A stretch of 62,851 nucleotides of DNA, the filler included, from Vannella sp. (lineage: Eukaryota), in NCBI GenBank assembly GCA_023345925.1. It is 5 parts of 5 records of this genome, joined end to end, with 100 filler letters (N's around TTAATTAATTAA, not from the genome) between each part and the next. Parts side by side here need not be neighbours in the genome. Positions count along the whole stretch, not along the records: positions 29,484 to 57,464 come from JAJQQN010000083.1; 4 more parts are not named here. One strand, written 5' to 3'. Positions within the stretch are counted from its first letter, which is position 1. Every line of letters begins with the position of its first letter. Made by a program: the position numbers and the translations under genes. Under the pieces are notes generated by a model. That model was not told the DNA's origin. It saw only the letters and a program-made list of their open reading frames with translations, and made no database searches. Shown here in pieces: positions 45,801 to 57,564 of the stretch.

Positions 45801-48800
45801 TGTCAAAACTCTTGCACGACATTTCTAATGGTGATGAGAAGCAAGACATTGTCGAGAGGCTCAGACGATGGCCTCTATTTCTCTGCTACCAAGGAGACGA
45901 TAGAAAGTCAGCTTCTGAACTTTTTCACCGACCTTTCCTCAGCAAAGAGCAGGTCAATATCGTTGAGAAGTCGCTTCATTTCGTTCCAGGAGAGTTTTGC
46001 GAATGTCAGTGCGCCTTACGCCTTTGTCGACTCTGTCATATTGTAAATTTTGTGCCACAAACTTGCGACGAATTCTGGTTTGGAGTGGCTAAGACCGCTA
46101 ACAAACTCTCTACTTCTCTACCTGGAGATCAAGACCACCTTGTGAACCTTAATGAGGCTATTTTAAGTCTTCCTCATCTCCCAGCGGGACTGGAAGACTG
46201 CTGCTTTGTTCTTGCTAAAGACAACAAGTGTCACAAGCCAACTGATTTGTTTGATCCTAGGAACAAAGACGTCACCGTTCTTCTGACCTCAAAAGCAAAA
46301 TACCCCCACGAGAGACTGCAAAAGCTCCTTCCTGAACTTTGTGAGGTTGGGCTAGCCAAATACCTGCCCCCAGAAACTCTTCGAAACCTTGCGAACAACA
46401 TCGAATCTACCGCAATAGTTTCTGATATCGAAGAATATGAGGAGAAATCCTCTGCCCTGTTGAGGCATCTCCAAGAAGTTTCTTCCAGTCCATTGAAGAA
46501 TCAAGTAGATTGGGACGGTCTTTCTAACATTGCTTGGATGTTGTCACAAAATAGGCCGGAGCAAGTTCCTGAGGGCTTCTGGCGAACTGAAACACACTGC
46601 AAGCCAAGTGAGGCTTGTACAATGGAAAGCCTTCTGTGGGGATGGAAGATTGTCTCACCGGAAGTGAGCAGGGAATTTGCTGAGCTCTTGCATATCACTG
46701 TCGAACAAACTGTTCATGATCTTGATCGTTCCCTTCAGTTCTTACTAGGTCCTGACCATCGCACCACCTTTTTAGCATCAGAATACCTCCAGAACCACTA
46801 TTCTAACCTCCTCCAAGATTTAAACAAGCTCTGCTCACCTACCAGCCAGCTTGATTTCTTACAATCCCCGTGGCTCTTGAGTTCTTCGCCTCCTCAAGTG
46901 CTTTCGAGTGAGCTTTTGATCATGCGGAATGAAGAACAGGTACCTCGGCTGGATCCTTACCTCTTACCAGTGCCCGCAGATTACTTCAAGTTTCCTGCAA
47001 TCCTAGGACTTAGTCAGATTCCTGAAACGCTTTCTTACGATATGGCAGCGTCAGTACTCCGCCAAATGAAGAAGTCATCTGTCTTCCGGCGTGACCAAGT
47101 CGTTGGTTTGGTTCGTTTCCTTGAGAAAGATCCCGAACTGAAGAGTCGCCTGCCTTTGCCCATACTGACAAAGGAGGAGCTTCTGGAGCCATCAGATCAG
47201 GTCTATTTTGAGGACGCAAGTTGGCATAAACAGACGCCAAAAGTAACGCACGAGATCCACCCAGAATTGACGAGTGTCCCAATTCTGTCTGCCTTCGGGG
47301 TCCAAACGTCTCGAAACATCTTCCTCGAGTCCTGCGGGGGATTGGGCGAGGATTTTGCGCAACATGTCGATTTAAATGACCAAATTCGGGAGGTTCTTCT
47401 CAGCTATCCTCTGGAAACCTTCCCGACTGAGTTTCTCCAAAATGCTGACGATGCAGGAGCCTCTTCTATTCACTTTATGATGGATGAACAAGTGCACCGA
47501 GCAGCTCAAGTGCTTACCAAAGAGCTTGAAGCAACACTACTTTGCCCAGCACTGATGGTTTTTAACGAGAAGGAGATGAGTGAGGAAGACTTCAGCAATA
47601 TCACTAAGGTTGGAGCCGCTCTCAAGCGAGCTCAAGCACACAAAACGGGACAGTTCGGAATAGGAAGCCTTTCCATGTATCATTTAACAGATTGCCCCAT
47701 TATCATCAGCGGAAGCTACTTTTGTGTGTTCGACCCAACGCGCACTTTCCTTCCTGGACGCCAAGGGGGTGTGAAGATTCTCTTACAGGATATCATTGAG
47801 AAGTTTCCCGATCACATCGGCCCAATTCATCATTTCTCACACCTCAAATCGAGACTGAAAGGCAACAAGTTTGAGGGAACGCTATTCCGGCTACCTTTGA
47901 GAGCTCCCACTCAGTCGTCCTCCGGAATCCCTATTCCTGACCTTCTCTCTCTTCTCGAGAAATGGAATTGCAGCCAATTACTGCTCTTCTCTCATGTTGT
48001 GTCTGAAGTCCGGATTGTTGATAGCTATGGTCAAGTACTTAGCAAGAACACGAAGCGAAAAGTCTCGTTGAATGGGTCAACCGATGAAATTTGGAACCAA
48101 ACTCTCCCACAGCTGAAACGGAAACCGCAAACTATTAACTGTGACAGTGATGTCCACGTTCATCTAGTTCAACGCAACCTGAAGAGCAGCTTTAGGTTCT
48201 TCAGCTGCCAAACCTTCAGCAACGAGAACGAATCCTTGCAAGATATGTCCACGGCTTCCTCTACTCTTCGGAGGATCCCTTTTGGGGGAGTGTCAGCTCT
48301 TGTGGGGGCTGATGGTAGGTTGCCAGAAGACCCTTTGGAGTATTCGACGGTCTTCTCCACCCTTCCGCTTCCCATTGAATGGAATCTGCCCATCTTTGTG
48401 AACGGGAAATTCCAAATGGCAGCCGACCGCCGAAGTGTTGTGGACGGGGACGATAACGTGGGTGGTGAGCAACTGCACTGGAATCGGCTTATCATAACGG
48501 ATATCATAAGTGAATGCTATTTCCGTCTCCTCAGAACTCTGGGAACAAGAGAGGACATTGACAGTAACGCTTTCTATCTCAATTTGCCCCCAGCTCCATG
48601 CGAACAACCCCGTCTATTGCAAGAAACACTCGCCAACACAACATGGGAGAAACTGAATGAGTCCCCTCTACCCATGTGGCCACTCCTACACCCAGAAGCT
48701 CATCTGTCAAACCAGCTCAGCAATTTGCGGTTTGGTACAAGAGACATTCAATCCATTACGCCGTTTTTCCATCGCCATCGACTACCTATCGTCACTCTAT

Positions 48801-51800
48801 CAGAAAGGGTCCAGGAACTACTCAAAGTGTCACTACCTCCCAAGAATTTCAAGAGTGTGACTCCTGGCACCACCCGGCACTTCATTGAAGAGCTGAAATT
48901 GGGGCAAAAGTACTCTCTGGAAGGAGTGAAGGACGTTGAAGAAGCAGTAGCCCTTACCAAATACTACAGCCCTGAATCTGGTGCTGGAATCCAAATCCTT
49001 CCTTTGGAGGATGGGACATTGGGCTCTCTTGGGTCTGAGACACTTTACTACTTAGTGCCAAAGGAATTCCACTCCTTGATTCCCCTCCATCTCATTGTTC
49101 ATGAAGACCTATTCGACTACTTCTACGGGACAATCCAATCTCTGGATAAGAAGCGCGAAGCTTACTATTTCAAAGACCCTCCCATTCAACAGGTGGCCAA
49201 CATTAGCCTACTGGACTCCCATGCGATAGCTAAACATCCGGGTGTCACATTTCCACCTGAATGGGCCAATAAGCTTGTTATTCCTCCTAATGAGGCTCCA
49301 GCAGAGATCTTAGAATGGATAACGCTGCTTCATAATTACTTCCAGACGAACCCGTCCCAGCTGCTGCTTGATACCTCCTTTTGGAGGTTCACTCCCATCA
49401 TGCTGTGTGAAAGTGGGCACGTTATAGCTCCTTCCCTGTTCTCATTGACACTCTACACCAGTAACAGCGAAGAATGCGCTTTTCTAGATGAGATTGGGCT
49501 GTACCATGCTCCTAACCCTGACAGGCCCTATTTGAAGCAATCTGTCTTGAGGATGGGCCCTGCTTCTTTGCAAAAAGCACTGACGTGCTTCTTCCAACAG
49601 AGACCAGACCCAGCATCTCCCCATCCACTCGATCCTCTCAGGAGTGAAAGCTCCTCTGCACCCGAAATCCGCAAGTCCATCCGGAATTACTTTAACAAGT
49701 TCACCTCAGTAGTGGAAGGCGTTCCCGTCTATCAACTCCAATCAGAACCAAAGACCCCAGTCTCCTTCCAAGTAGCTGAGCCGCGCAATTTCAACTTGAA
49801 GACGCCACCGTTCCCCATGTCTGGTTTCTTCCTGGACGAGTACCACGACCTCTTCCAAGACTACTTCCACCCCAGGCTCTTGCGCCAACAGAAACTAAGA
49901 ATCTCTCCAAGAGACTGGGCCACTCAAGTGTTCCAAAGGAAGTACCTTCTCCAAGTCACAAAATCTCAATACGAAGAGTTTCTCCATTTCTTGGTGAAGC
50001 ACAAGATTTCTCCTCCTCTGAATGTCGCGTGGGTCCGCAGTGCAGACCCTAATGACGAGCAGCTTCACTTTGTGGATGTCATGTTTAGCCCACAAGAACC
50101 ACTATTCAAAGAGTACTACTGCAACAGCCCCTCTCGATTCCCGTGGGTGTTCTCTAAGGCTTTAGCAAGCTTGTACGAAGGAATCACTCGCGAGCCAACG
50201 TTATCTATACTTCAGGAGCTAGCTATTGCCGCAGAGAATCTGCAGTTGGAAGACAAGTTGTCTCGGTACAACGCCATCCTGGAATACATCGAGAAGCAAG
50301 CCAACGTAAGCACTCGAAGAGGCACAGATCAACTCTTCAATTGGGCGCGGGGATTTCCTTTTTTCAGATTTGAATCAAACGAATCTCATCATTTGGAGTT
50401 CTTCCCAGCCAATGGGATTGCGCACCCCTCACATGAAGCCACGGTCCGGAGTGTATTTCCCACCTTAAGGAAAGATGATGCTCTCGGCAGGAGACTCGCC
50501 AGAATCAACAGAATTCAGTTCTTTCTCACTCCCAATGACTCTGATGTGCACCAGCACCTCCGATACCTCAACGCAAAGATTTTATCTCCTTATCACGACT
50601 TGCAGGGCCAAGATAAGATCGATCTAGACTCTATTCTAACGGCATTCTCTTCTTCCCCCCAAAAGAGGAGACCCCCAGAAGGCGAAGCATTCCTTCGAGT
50701 GGTCTCCAACACCAAATTGCAATGGGCTAAGCTATCCGATTTTTATATCAACACAGCAGAAAACGCTCCACTCTATTACTGCCCCGCTAGCTTGCACCAA
50801 TCTTTCCAATGTGCCCGTAAAATCGTCGACCAAAGACCGCCTCTTTCTTATGAGCATGTTCTCCATCACTGGAGAGAGGTGACCAAACAAGTGCCTTTCT
50901 CGTTCAGTAACCACCTCCAACTCGTCCGATTGTTCCCACTTCTCTTACAAAAGTTCCAAGAGACTGACATTCCCACTTTAAGGGAGCTTCAATACCCTTG
51001 CAGTGATGGTGCCTTGCGTAAAGGGATCCAATTGGCCTATCCGCGTTCCATGGAGAGCCTTCTCGATGCCAGTCTCTACCAAAACGACCTGGTCCACATT
51101 GACTTCCTCCGTAAGACGGGACTCTCCTTCTTTGAGAAGATAGGAGCTCGTCCGCTTACGACCGGAGGAGAAATAGCACTTGTTGGTGATGTTTCCAGTG
51201 GTCAAGAAGACGAGGAGACTCAAAGGATTGAAGGGATACTCCAGTCTGCATCTCTTCTGATGGTATTAGAAGAGCTTGAAGGAGGACTGAATCCCCAATC
51301 CGCCTCGCAAGTCCTTCAGTCCATTCGCATCCGGAAAATGGGTTTAATTCAAGTCTCTTTGGGCTTTGGGGAACCGATGAATCGAGACAAGTTTAGAGTG
51401 AAGACAGGTAGCAGCATTTACTACCTCTTTGCAGGACCATTGCCCATCCTTTCCTTAGCAGGAATGCTCGTCAAGGAACTGAATTTACTCCATCTCAGCA
51501 AGTCAGCGATTGCCTCGCTCCTTCATAGTGAACAGAAAGCGGGAGAATTCCTTGACCGTCTAGGTCCTTCTACTCTTTCCACTCGCCCTGGCGAACTGGT
51601 GCACCCTCTCCACCAATCCATGTTGGCATGGTCCAATCAAGAAGACTTTGAAGAAAACGAGCGAGTGGCCCATCGAACAGACGACGGCTCTCTTATTTAC
51701 GCTGAAGTTAAAGGGCTCTTCAGAGGTCTTGTAATGATTCAAGCCGGCCAGAAGTCTCTGCTTCAAGTGGCACCAACAACCTTGGCTCACATTCGCTCTT

Positions 51801-52027
51801 CCAATGCGAACGCAGAGAAGGAGATAGTGAAGCTCGAAGGAATGTGGACTGCAGAAGAGATGAAACAGCAAATAGAAAGAGAACTTGCTGCAGCAGGAAC
51901 CCAGTCGCCACAACAGCACAGAGAACTTGTTCACAAGATTCTCCTCCAGATTCACCCGGACAAGAACCAGAACAACGCAGAAGAGGCAAAGAAAGTAACT
52001 CAGTGGTTCAACGACTTGAAAAAATAA
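39822..52027 (+). CDS. SACS: Sacsin-like giant protein (~4000 aa): three HSP90-like sacsin repeats and C-terminal J-domain
   Basis: EMLQNAEDA/ELIQNADDA/EFLQNADDA with G.FG.G and T.FR.PLR in three repeats; C-terminal IHPDKN; three short 5' introns (39861-39910, 40057-40108, 40283-40326) then an ~11.7-kb exon. Confidence 0.9.
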
Positions 52028-52052
52028 AGGACTTCTCCTTCCCTTTAAAGCA

Positions 52053-53152
52053 TTAAGAAGGGAGGAAAAGGGATCCGCTGACGATTAACACAGCAGTGCC
52101 AACAATATCAATTCGGTCATTCTGATGCACTTTCAACCGAAGAACTCCTCCACGGCCCGGATAAGCTTGGAACGCAACAATTTCTTGCTTTCCTCGCGCA
52201 ACTGCCTTTCGTTCCCACCAATATGCGCCAAGAACGGTATGAGCGGACCCTTTGAAAGCGAATCAGTGCATGAGTGTAAACAAAAGTTGCACGCACCTGT
52301 CACAGGATCCTCGTTGATACCCACCCAAGGGGCAAAGTATCTTGAAACAATGTCGTTTGAGATTAACGCATCCACTCCGTCCATATTTCCGCTGGTGCAA
52401 ATCACTCCGCGCACCTCCACAGGAAATTGAACCTTCGCTCCATCAGATATCACAAAACAGCAACGGATTAACCCACACTTAGGAGCTTCTCCCTCGCAAT
52501 GGAGAGAGCCAGAATGTCTGTGGCACTGGGAAACTCGACCAGGAACTTCTTTGTCCTCCTGCAATAGGCGAATCGCAAAGATTCCTCTTCAAAAGAGCAT
52601 TCCAATCCCAAAGCATGGACCAAGTCCTTGAGGGATGAAGAATCGAGAGTGACTTGTTCGGGATGCCCAAGAGGAAAGTCCATTTTCAAGTAGAGAGTGC
52701 TTCCGCTGTCTTGAGGCAAGGTAGCAACAGTGAGCTCTCCGCTGAGGGTTTGAAAGCGGATGGTAACGTCCTGCTCTTGGGAGAGGGCGGTTTGGGTGAG
52801 CAAAGCAAAGGCAGTGGCCAAAGTAGCGTGTCCTAGGGAGAGTTAGCCGCATTGAATGGTACTAGAATCCACTCACCACATAGAGGGACCTCTGTTGTAG
52901 GAGTAAACCACCTCAGCGAGTAGCGGTGCTCCTTCAGATCGATCGGGAGGACAAACGCCGTCTCTACTCTCCCATTAGTCCTGCTCCCGCGGGTACGACA
53001 AGCGCCACACCTGCTAGGTTCATCTCTGCAGCAATTCTCGTCATCAGCTCCTCAGGAAGAGCCTCCTCCAACACGCAAACAGCCGCTGGATTCCCAGCAA
53101 ACGCGATGTCGGTGAAAGCGTCCACCGTGAACACAGGCACAACCCTGGGCAT
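52053..53152 (-). CDS. PBLD: PhzF/PBLD-family isomerase, several introns
   Basis: VDAFT..FAGNPAAVC, EMNLAETAF, LRWFTPTTEVPLCGHATLA, SRYFAPWVGINEDPVTG. Confidence 0.9.
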
Positions 53153-53199
53153 CGTACCACCAAGGAATAAGACGTCCAGAAGTCCATTTGGTGGGATCC

Positions 53200-53752
53200 A
53201 TGTTCCTTCGACAGGCAGCGCGCTCTGGTCTCTTTGCCCCTGTTACTCGCTCTTTCGCTGCTCCAGTGCTGCTGGATAAGGGGTTCAACCCTGTAGACTT
53301 GGTGTACACTCGTTCTGCTAAGATAGAAGACGTGGAGCTGACAGAAGAGAACTATTGGGACCACATCGACCACTCGGCGAGTCTCCCGAGCCTCATTTAC
53401 TGCCATTCACGGTACGTAGACGTTCCTTGTATTGGTTTTGAGTAAGTGATTGATGTTTGGAGCAGTAACCACAAGGCGGAGAGTATCCTTCTCAAAGCTG
53501 GAGTGGAAACAACGCATGGGAAGATCAAGTACCTCTTCTTTGACGCCCAGAAGTCCCCTCTTGTTAGTCAACGCCTAAAGCTTAGTCCAGGGAGCGTTGG
53601 TGTTGTCTTCCGAGGAGGATGTTGCGCTCGGTAAGCCCAGCATCCCCTTTGGTCGAGATCTCGCTCACCCTTGCTCCAGTTTGAAGAGTCTTCGCGATGA
53701 GAAGGCTGTTTTCAGCTTTATCAGCTCTCACGCTTGGACTATGAGTGTTTGA
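53200..53752 (+). CDS. Mitochondria-targeted thioredoxin-fold-like protein without CxxC, 2 introns
   Basis: MFLRQAARSGLFAPVTRSFA presequence; ELTEENYWDHI...GKIKYLFFDAQKSPLVSQRL thioredoxin-like pattern. Confidence 0.5.
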
Positions 53753-53820
53753 GCCCAACCAGTTGCTCCTTGACCACACAACTCACCGGTGCTGACACAT
53801 AAATCACCCTTTAGTGCCAG

Positions 53821-54328
53821 TTAGGAGATGAGTTTGCGGATCACTGCCTCGCTTTGAGTACGACGTTGAGTAGTCTGCTTTAAGTAAGCAACCATCCGCT
53901 CGTTAAGTCGCACGACCTCGCTGAGGATGGATTGGAGTTGGGCTTGGACTGGATGTTGGGGAGGAATCGGGGTTCCGGAGCGGACTTCGATCAACTCGCT
54001 CAGAACTGCAATCTCGCAGCTAGTACATTCTGCCATACTCTGGAACTCATGACCCTGCTGAAGCAGTTGTTTCTCTTTCTCCTCGACCTCCAGAATCTGG
54101 GTCAGTATCTCGTTCATCTCCTTCATCCACTCCTACCTGAGATTGAAGGGAAACCACTTCTTGCTTAAGATTCTCAATAGCGGTGGCATCAGGCTGAACT
54201 GCGGGTCTCTCGACTGTTGGAGTCAGAATCTGGGAACTCAATTCCAACTTGGACTGCTTTGCTCCAGTGACAGTGACTCCAAGGCTAGAATCACTCAAGG
54301 AGCGCTTCAAACCAACTACAGCAGACAT
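53821..54328 (-). CDS. Hypothetical coiled-coil protein (spliced)
   Basis: ORFs 54047..54427 and 53821..54126 joinable via GTAGGA donor; LKRSLS..KQSK NLS-like start. Confidence 0.45.
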
Positions 54329-54447
54329 GGACACAATAAACTGATCTTCCTCACTACGCAGAACAGCACCAATCCCGCATCTGCACCAAAATATCTCAAA
54401 ATATCTGAAAGCCATCTGGACTTGCATCGAAGCAATTGCCTTTAGGA

Positions 54448-55519
54448 TTAATTAAAGACATAAACAAGCAATGCAGAGACAACGATCAGAGCAATCATAA
54501 TGCCAATAAGAAGGCAAACAATCATCTTCAGTTTGCTGCCCGCACTCTTCTGGTGTCCTGATGCCTTTTCCACTTCCACAACACCCTGCTCCACATCGAA
54601 TCGAGCATGTTCGATGTGGCTCTGAATGCTATCAACGAGGGGAGCTTGTTCGATGACCAAAGTGTTGAGGTCGCGGAACATTTCGTTAATTTCGAGCATG
54701 TTTGTCTGTACCTCGGCAATACCCTTCTCCCGCTCTGCAATGATCTCATCCTGGATGTCCAAATCGTTCTCCATGAGGCTGAGGTCTTGCTTGCTCAGGA
54801 GAGGGACCTGCTCCTGTTGGACCTCAGATCCGAAAAGGCGTTGTCCCCTTCCATACGATTACCAGGAGGCACCTCCGGAACCAAGAGGGAACCTTACATG
54901 TAGGCGCCTGCCGTTTTGGTGGGGACAGGGACGTTCTTCTTCTCCTGAAGCATCCACTCCTTCGACACTGAGGAATAAGCTTCCAGCCACGACTTCAAGT
55001 CGATTGTCATCTTTGAGTAGATGATCTTTCGTTCCTAGATACGAAAGTCAGACATCACAACGCCTTCCTATGGAGAAGGAGACATAACTGCTCGCGTGGC
55101 AGGATCACGGGCCTCCTGGCCTAGTTTAGTGAGGCTTTTCACACCATCTGTGACCTCCTCGCAAAGAGACTTCAGATCCTTCAGACTGTTGCGGCTGCGG
55201 AGCAAGGTTGGTGAACAGAGAAGGGTCGCGTTTGGGTTTGGGTGTGCACTCACATTCTACCCCGGAACTCGAGACTGTCTTCTTGCGAACCGACTTTTGA
55301 GATCATTCGTTTGACCTGTGAGGTCTCTGTGGAGATTCTAGTGAGGGTCTGCAGGCATCTCTGCGACAGCAAGTTCCATCCATCGTCCCCCGCCTGTGGC
55401 TTAGCACCAACAGGTGCAGAGCCACTCTGATTAGAGGGACCATTGTTGAAGTCGTCGAAGATCCTAGCAGGGCCGCGGCCTCCCTGCTGACCTCCACCAC
55501 CCTGTTGAGCAAACGACAT
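54448..55519 (-). CDS. Syntaxin-7/12-like Qa-SNARE, several introns
   Basis: KVGSQEDSLEFR; EREKGIAEVQTNMLEINEMFRDLNTLVIEQAPLVDSI SNARE motif; C-terminal TM. Confidence 0.9.
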
Positions 55520-55828
55520 CGGAAGCCCAAATAATGGGCAACCTTGACCACCAACTCCAATCTCAATCTCAATCTCATTCCAATCGCATTTTTCTCGCTT
55601 CTGGACCCCACAGGAGAATAGAAAGTTCTATTGAAGTTTCCTTCCTTGCCGCCACCACGGGAGAGACTCGGTTGGTCTCTTAGACGAAGTGGGTGCTTCT
55701 CTGACGGAGAACAGTGGGTGCAGAGTATGACTCTCTTTCTGTCCTTGCCACCCAAGATCAGATCCGCAGCGGATCTGTGAAAGAAGTTTGACTGAAAAAT
55801 AGTTTAAAGTACAGAATGGAAGGGGGAG

Positions 55829-56713
55829 TTACTCTACACGGTTGGTTTTGGAAAGCCAATGAAGTAGCCTTGATCGGGGCTTTGTTCGTCGGGCTAGTGG
55901 TTGAGGAGGATCTTCTGCTGTGAACGGGCGGAGGTACTCAGAAGCGAGAATGGTTTCTAGAGAAGCTCGGCGGTCTGGATCGACTTGAAGCATGTGAGAG
56001 AGGAGTTTGACCTCCTCTTTCTGAAGGTCAGCGGAGAGCGTCAGTTTTCCTTTGCTCAGAAGAGAACGGATTGCCTCCGGGTCATTTGCGTTGAATGGCC
56101 AAGTACCTGTAAGAAGCACGTGAAGTAACATTCCAAGGCTCCAGACATCTACGGCTTCTCCTCGCAGAGATGTTCCGCCCATGAGGACTTCTGGGGGGTT
56201 GTACTGGAGGGTTCCATGTGCAGCGCTTACGAGACCGTCTTGCATTTCTCCACTTGTACCAAAGTCTGCAAGACGAATAGATGAGCCAAGCGCGTCGCAA
56301 AGGATGTTCTCCGGTTTGATGTCCAGATGGGCGACTCCTCGTTGGTGGCAGAACTGAAGGGCGACACATATCTGGTGAAATACATGTGCTTTTTGGAAGG
56401 GTGATAATCGTTCCTCAAGTATCAAATCGAGGAGGTCTCCTTCCATCTTCTCGAGAACGATTACGGCGGTGTTTCCACTAACAAAGCTGCTCTCGATGGA
56501 TACAACGTGTGTGTTGGGTGTTGAGTTAAGATGCCGTAGCATGTGTACTTCGTTAAAAAATTGCTCGTAACAGGTCCGCGGGTTCTCGGTTGTGAGGGGA
56601 ATCAGCTTCGATACAAAGTGCTTTCCAGTTGCTACGTGAACTGTGTCGACAACGCGAGCTACCCCTTCCCCCACCACTGATTCTGTTATGATGTCGAACC
56701 CCTGCACTCGCAT
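55829..56713 (-). CDS. Intronless CAMK-group-like Ser/Thr kinase with degenerate Gly loop
   Basis: VSK, HLDIKPEN, LADFG, GTLQYNPPE, DVWSLG; first in-frame ATG at 56713 (in-frame TAA at 56803-56801). Confidence 0.85.
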   Translation of the reverse strand: MRVQGFDIITESVVGEGVARVVDTVHVATGKHFVSKLIPLTTENPRTCYEQFFNEVHMLRHLNSTPNTHVVSIESSFVSGNTAVIVLEKMEGDLLDLILEERLSPFQKAHVFHQICVALQFCHQRGVAHLDIKPENILCDALGSSIRLADFGTSGEMQDGLVSAAHGTLQYNPPEVLMGGTSLRGEAVDVWSLGMLLHVLLTGTWPFNANDPEAIRSLLSKGKLTLSADLQKEEVKLLSHMLQVDPDRRASLETILASEYLRPFTAEDPPQPLARRTKPRSRLLHWLSKTNRVE

Positions 56714-56783
56714 GCGATGTGAATAATAATGCTTCTTCTGCTTCTGTGGAAGTTGTCGGACTCCGGCTTCTGCGAGAAGCTTC

Positions 56784-56847
56784 TCCAAATATGGTGCGGA
56801 TTATTTGAAGTTAAGCTGAACTTCAAATAATCCGCACCAAATCTGGA
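56784..56847. repeat. 64-bp near-perfect palindrome (21-bp perfect arms)
   Basis: TGGTGCGGATTATTTGAAGTT (56792-56812) / AACTTCAAATAATCCGCACCA (56819-56839). Confidence 0.92.
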
Positions 56848-56990
56848 TTCTTATGCGAAATGATTGCAACACCGCGATTCTTCAGGGTATTTTCCCGCCA
56901 ATCAAAACAGCACCGTTTGCGAAAGAGAGCAATTATATATTTTGCTAAAAGAGAAGGAACCTGGTTCTGTTATTGCAATTCTGCGGGCTG

Positions 56991-57464
56991 ATGGAGAAGA
57001 CGAGGACGTTCCTTCCGCCCCTGCCCAAGACTGCTCGAAGTCTACCAGGATCTCAATCAGAAGCGGCAGTTGCCAGGACAACGGGTCAACAGCTATCGAA
57101 ACCGAATGCAGAGAAAAGAACGCGGCGTGCTTCCACAGGAGTGATTGAACCTCTAGTGAAGGTCATCGCTCGCAGTGGAAGCAAGAGGCTGACTCGCATC
57201 ATCTCTGATCTTAGTGTAAAGGGACCAGCGCTAACTCTTGAGAAGCGAAGGACTGCAATGGGAAAGGGTCTCACAGATGCAGTTGTTCTGAAGGAGACAG
57301 CAAGTTTAAAGCTCCTTTTAGAGCAGGGAGCAGATCCCAACGGCTCAAAAGACTCTGCAGTTACACCATTGTATGTCGCTGTGGATATGCAACTCCCAGA
57401 AGCAGTCCGTCTTCTGCTTGAGAGTGGGGCGTCCATGACACGCCCAAGCCGACAACAGCGCCGA
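56991..57464 (+). CDS. Ankyrin-repeat protein, 5' part
   Basis: LKLLLEQGADPN, TPLYVAV...VRLLLESGA; truncated by linker. Confidence 0.75.
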
Positions 57465-57564
57465 NNNNNNNNNNNNNNNNNNNNNNNNNNNNNNNNNNNN
57501 NNNNNNNNTTAATTAATTAANNNNNNNNNNNNNNNNNNNNNNNNNNNNNNNNNNNNNNNNNNNN
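57465..57564. other. Artificial contig linker
   Basis: Same 100-nt structure. Confidence 0.97.

Noticed and set aside
39822..52027. Sacsin-like ORF as a prokaryotic defence island or contaminant
   Set aside because: It has spliceosomal introns and eukaryotic neighbours on the same contig
55552..55585. (AATCTC)n-like short tandem repeat upstream of syntaxin
   Set aside because: Only ~3 perfect units; ordinary microsatellite or CAAT-rich promoter
56714..56788. TTG/GTG starts given by the ORF track (e.g. kinase at 56788, TMCO4 at 7352)
   Set aside because: Prokaryotic-style start calls; downstream ATGs are more plausible in a eukaryote
10741..57564. Four identical TTAATTAATTAA palindromes as a biological repeat
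   Set aside because: Each is centred in an exactly 100-nt N-padded spacer: a six-frame-stop contig concatenation linker
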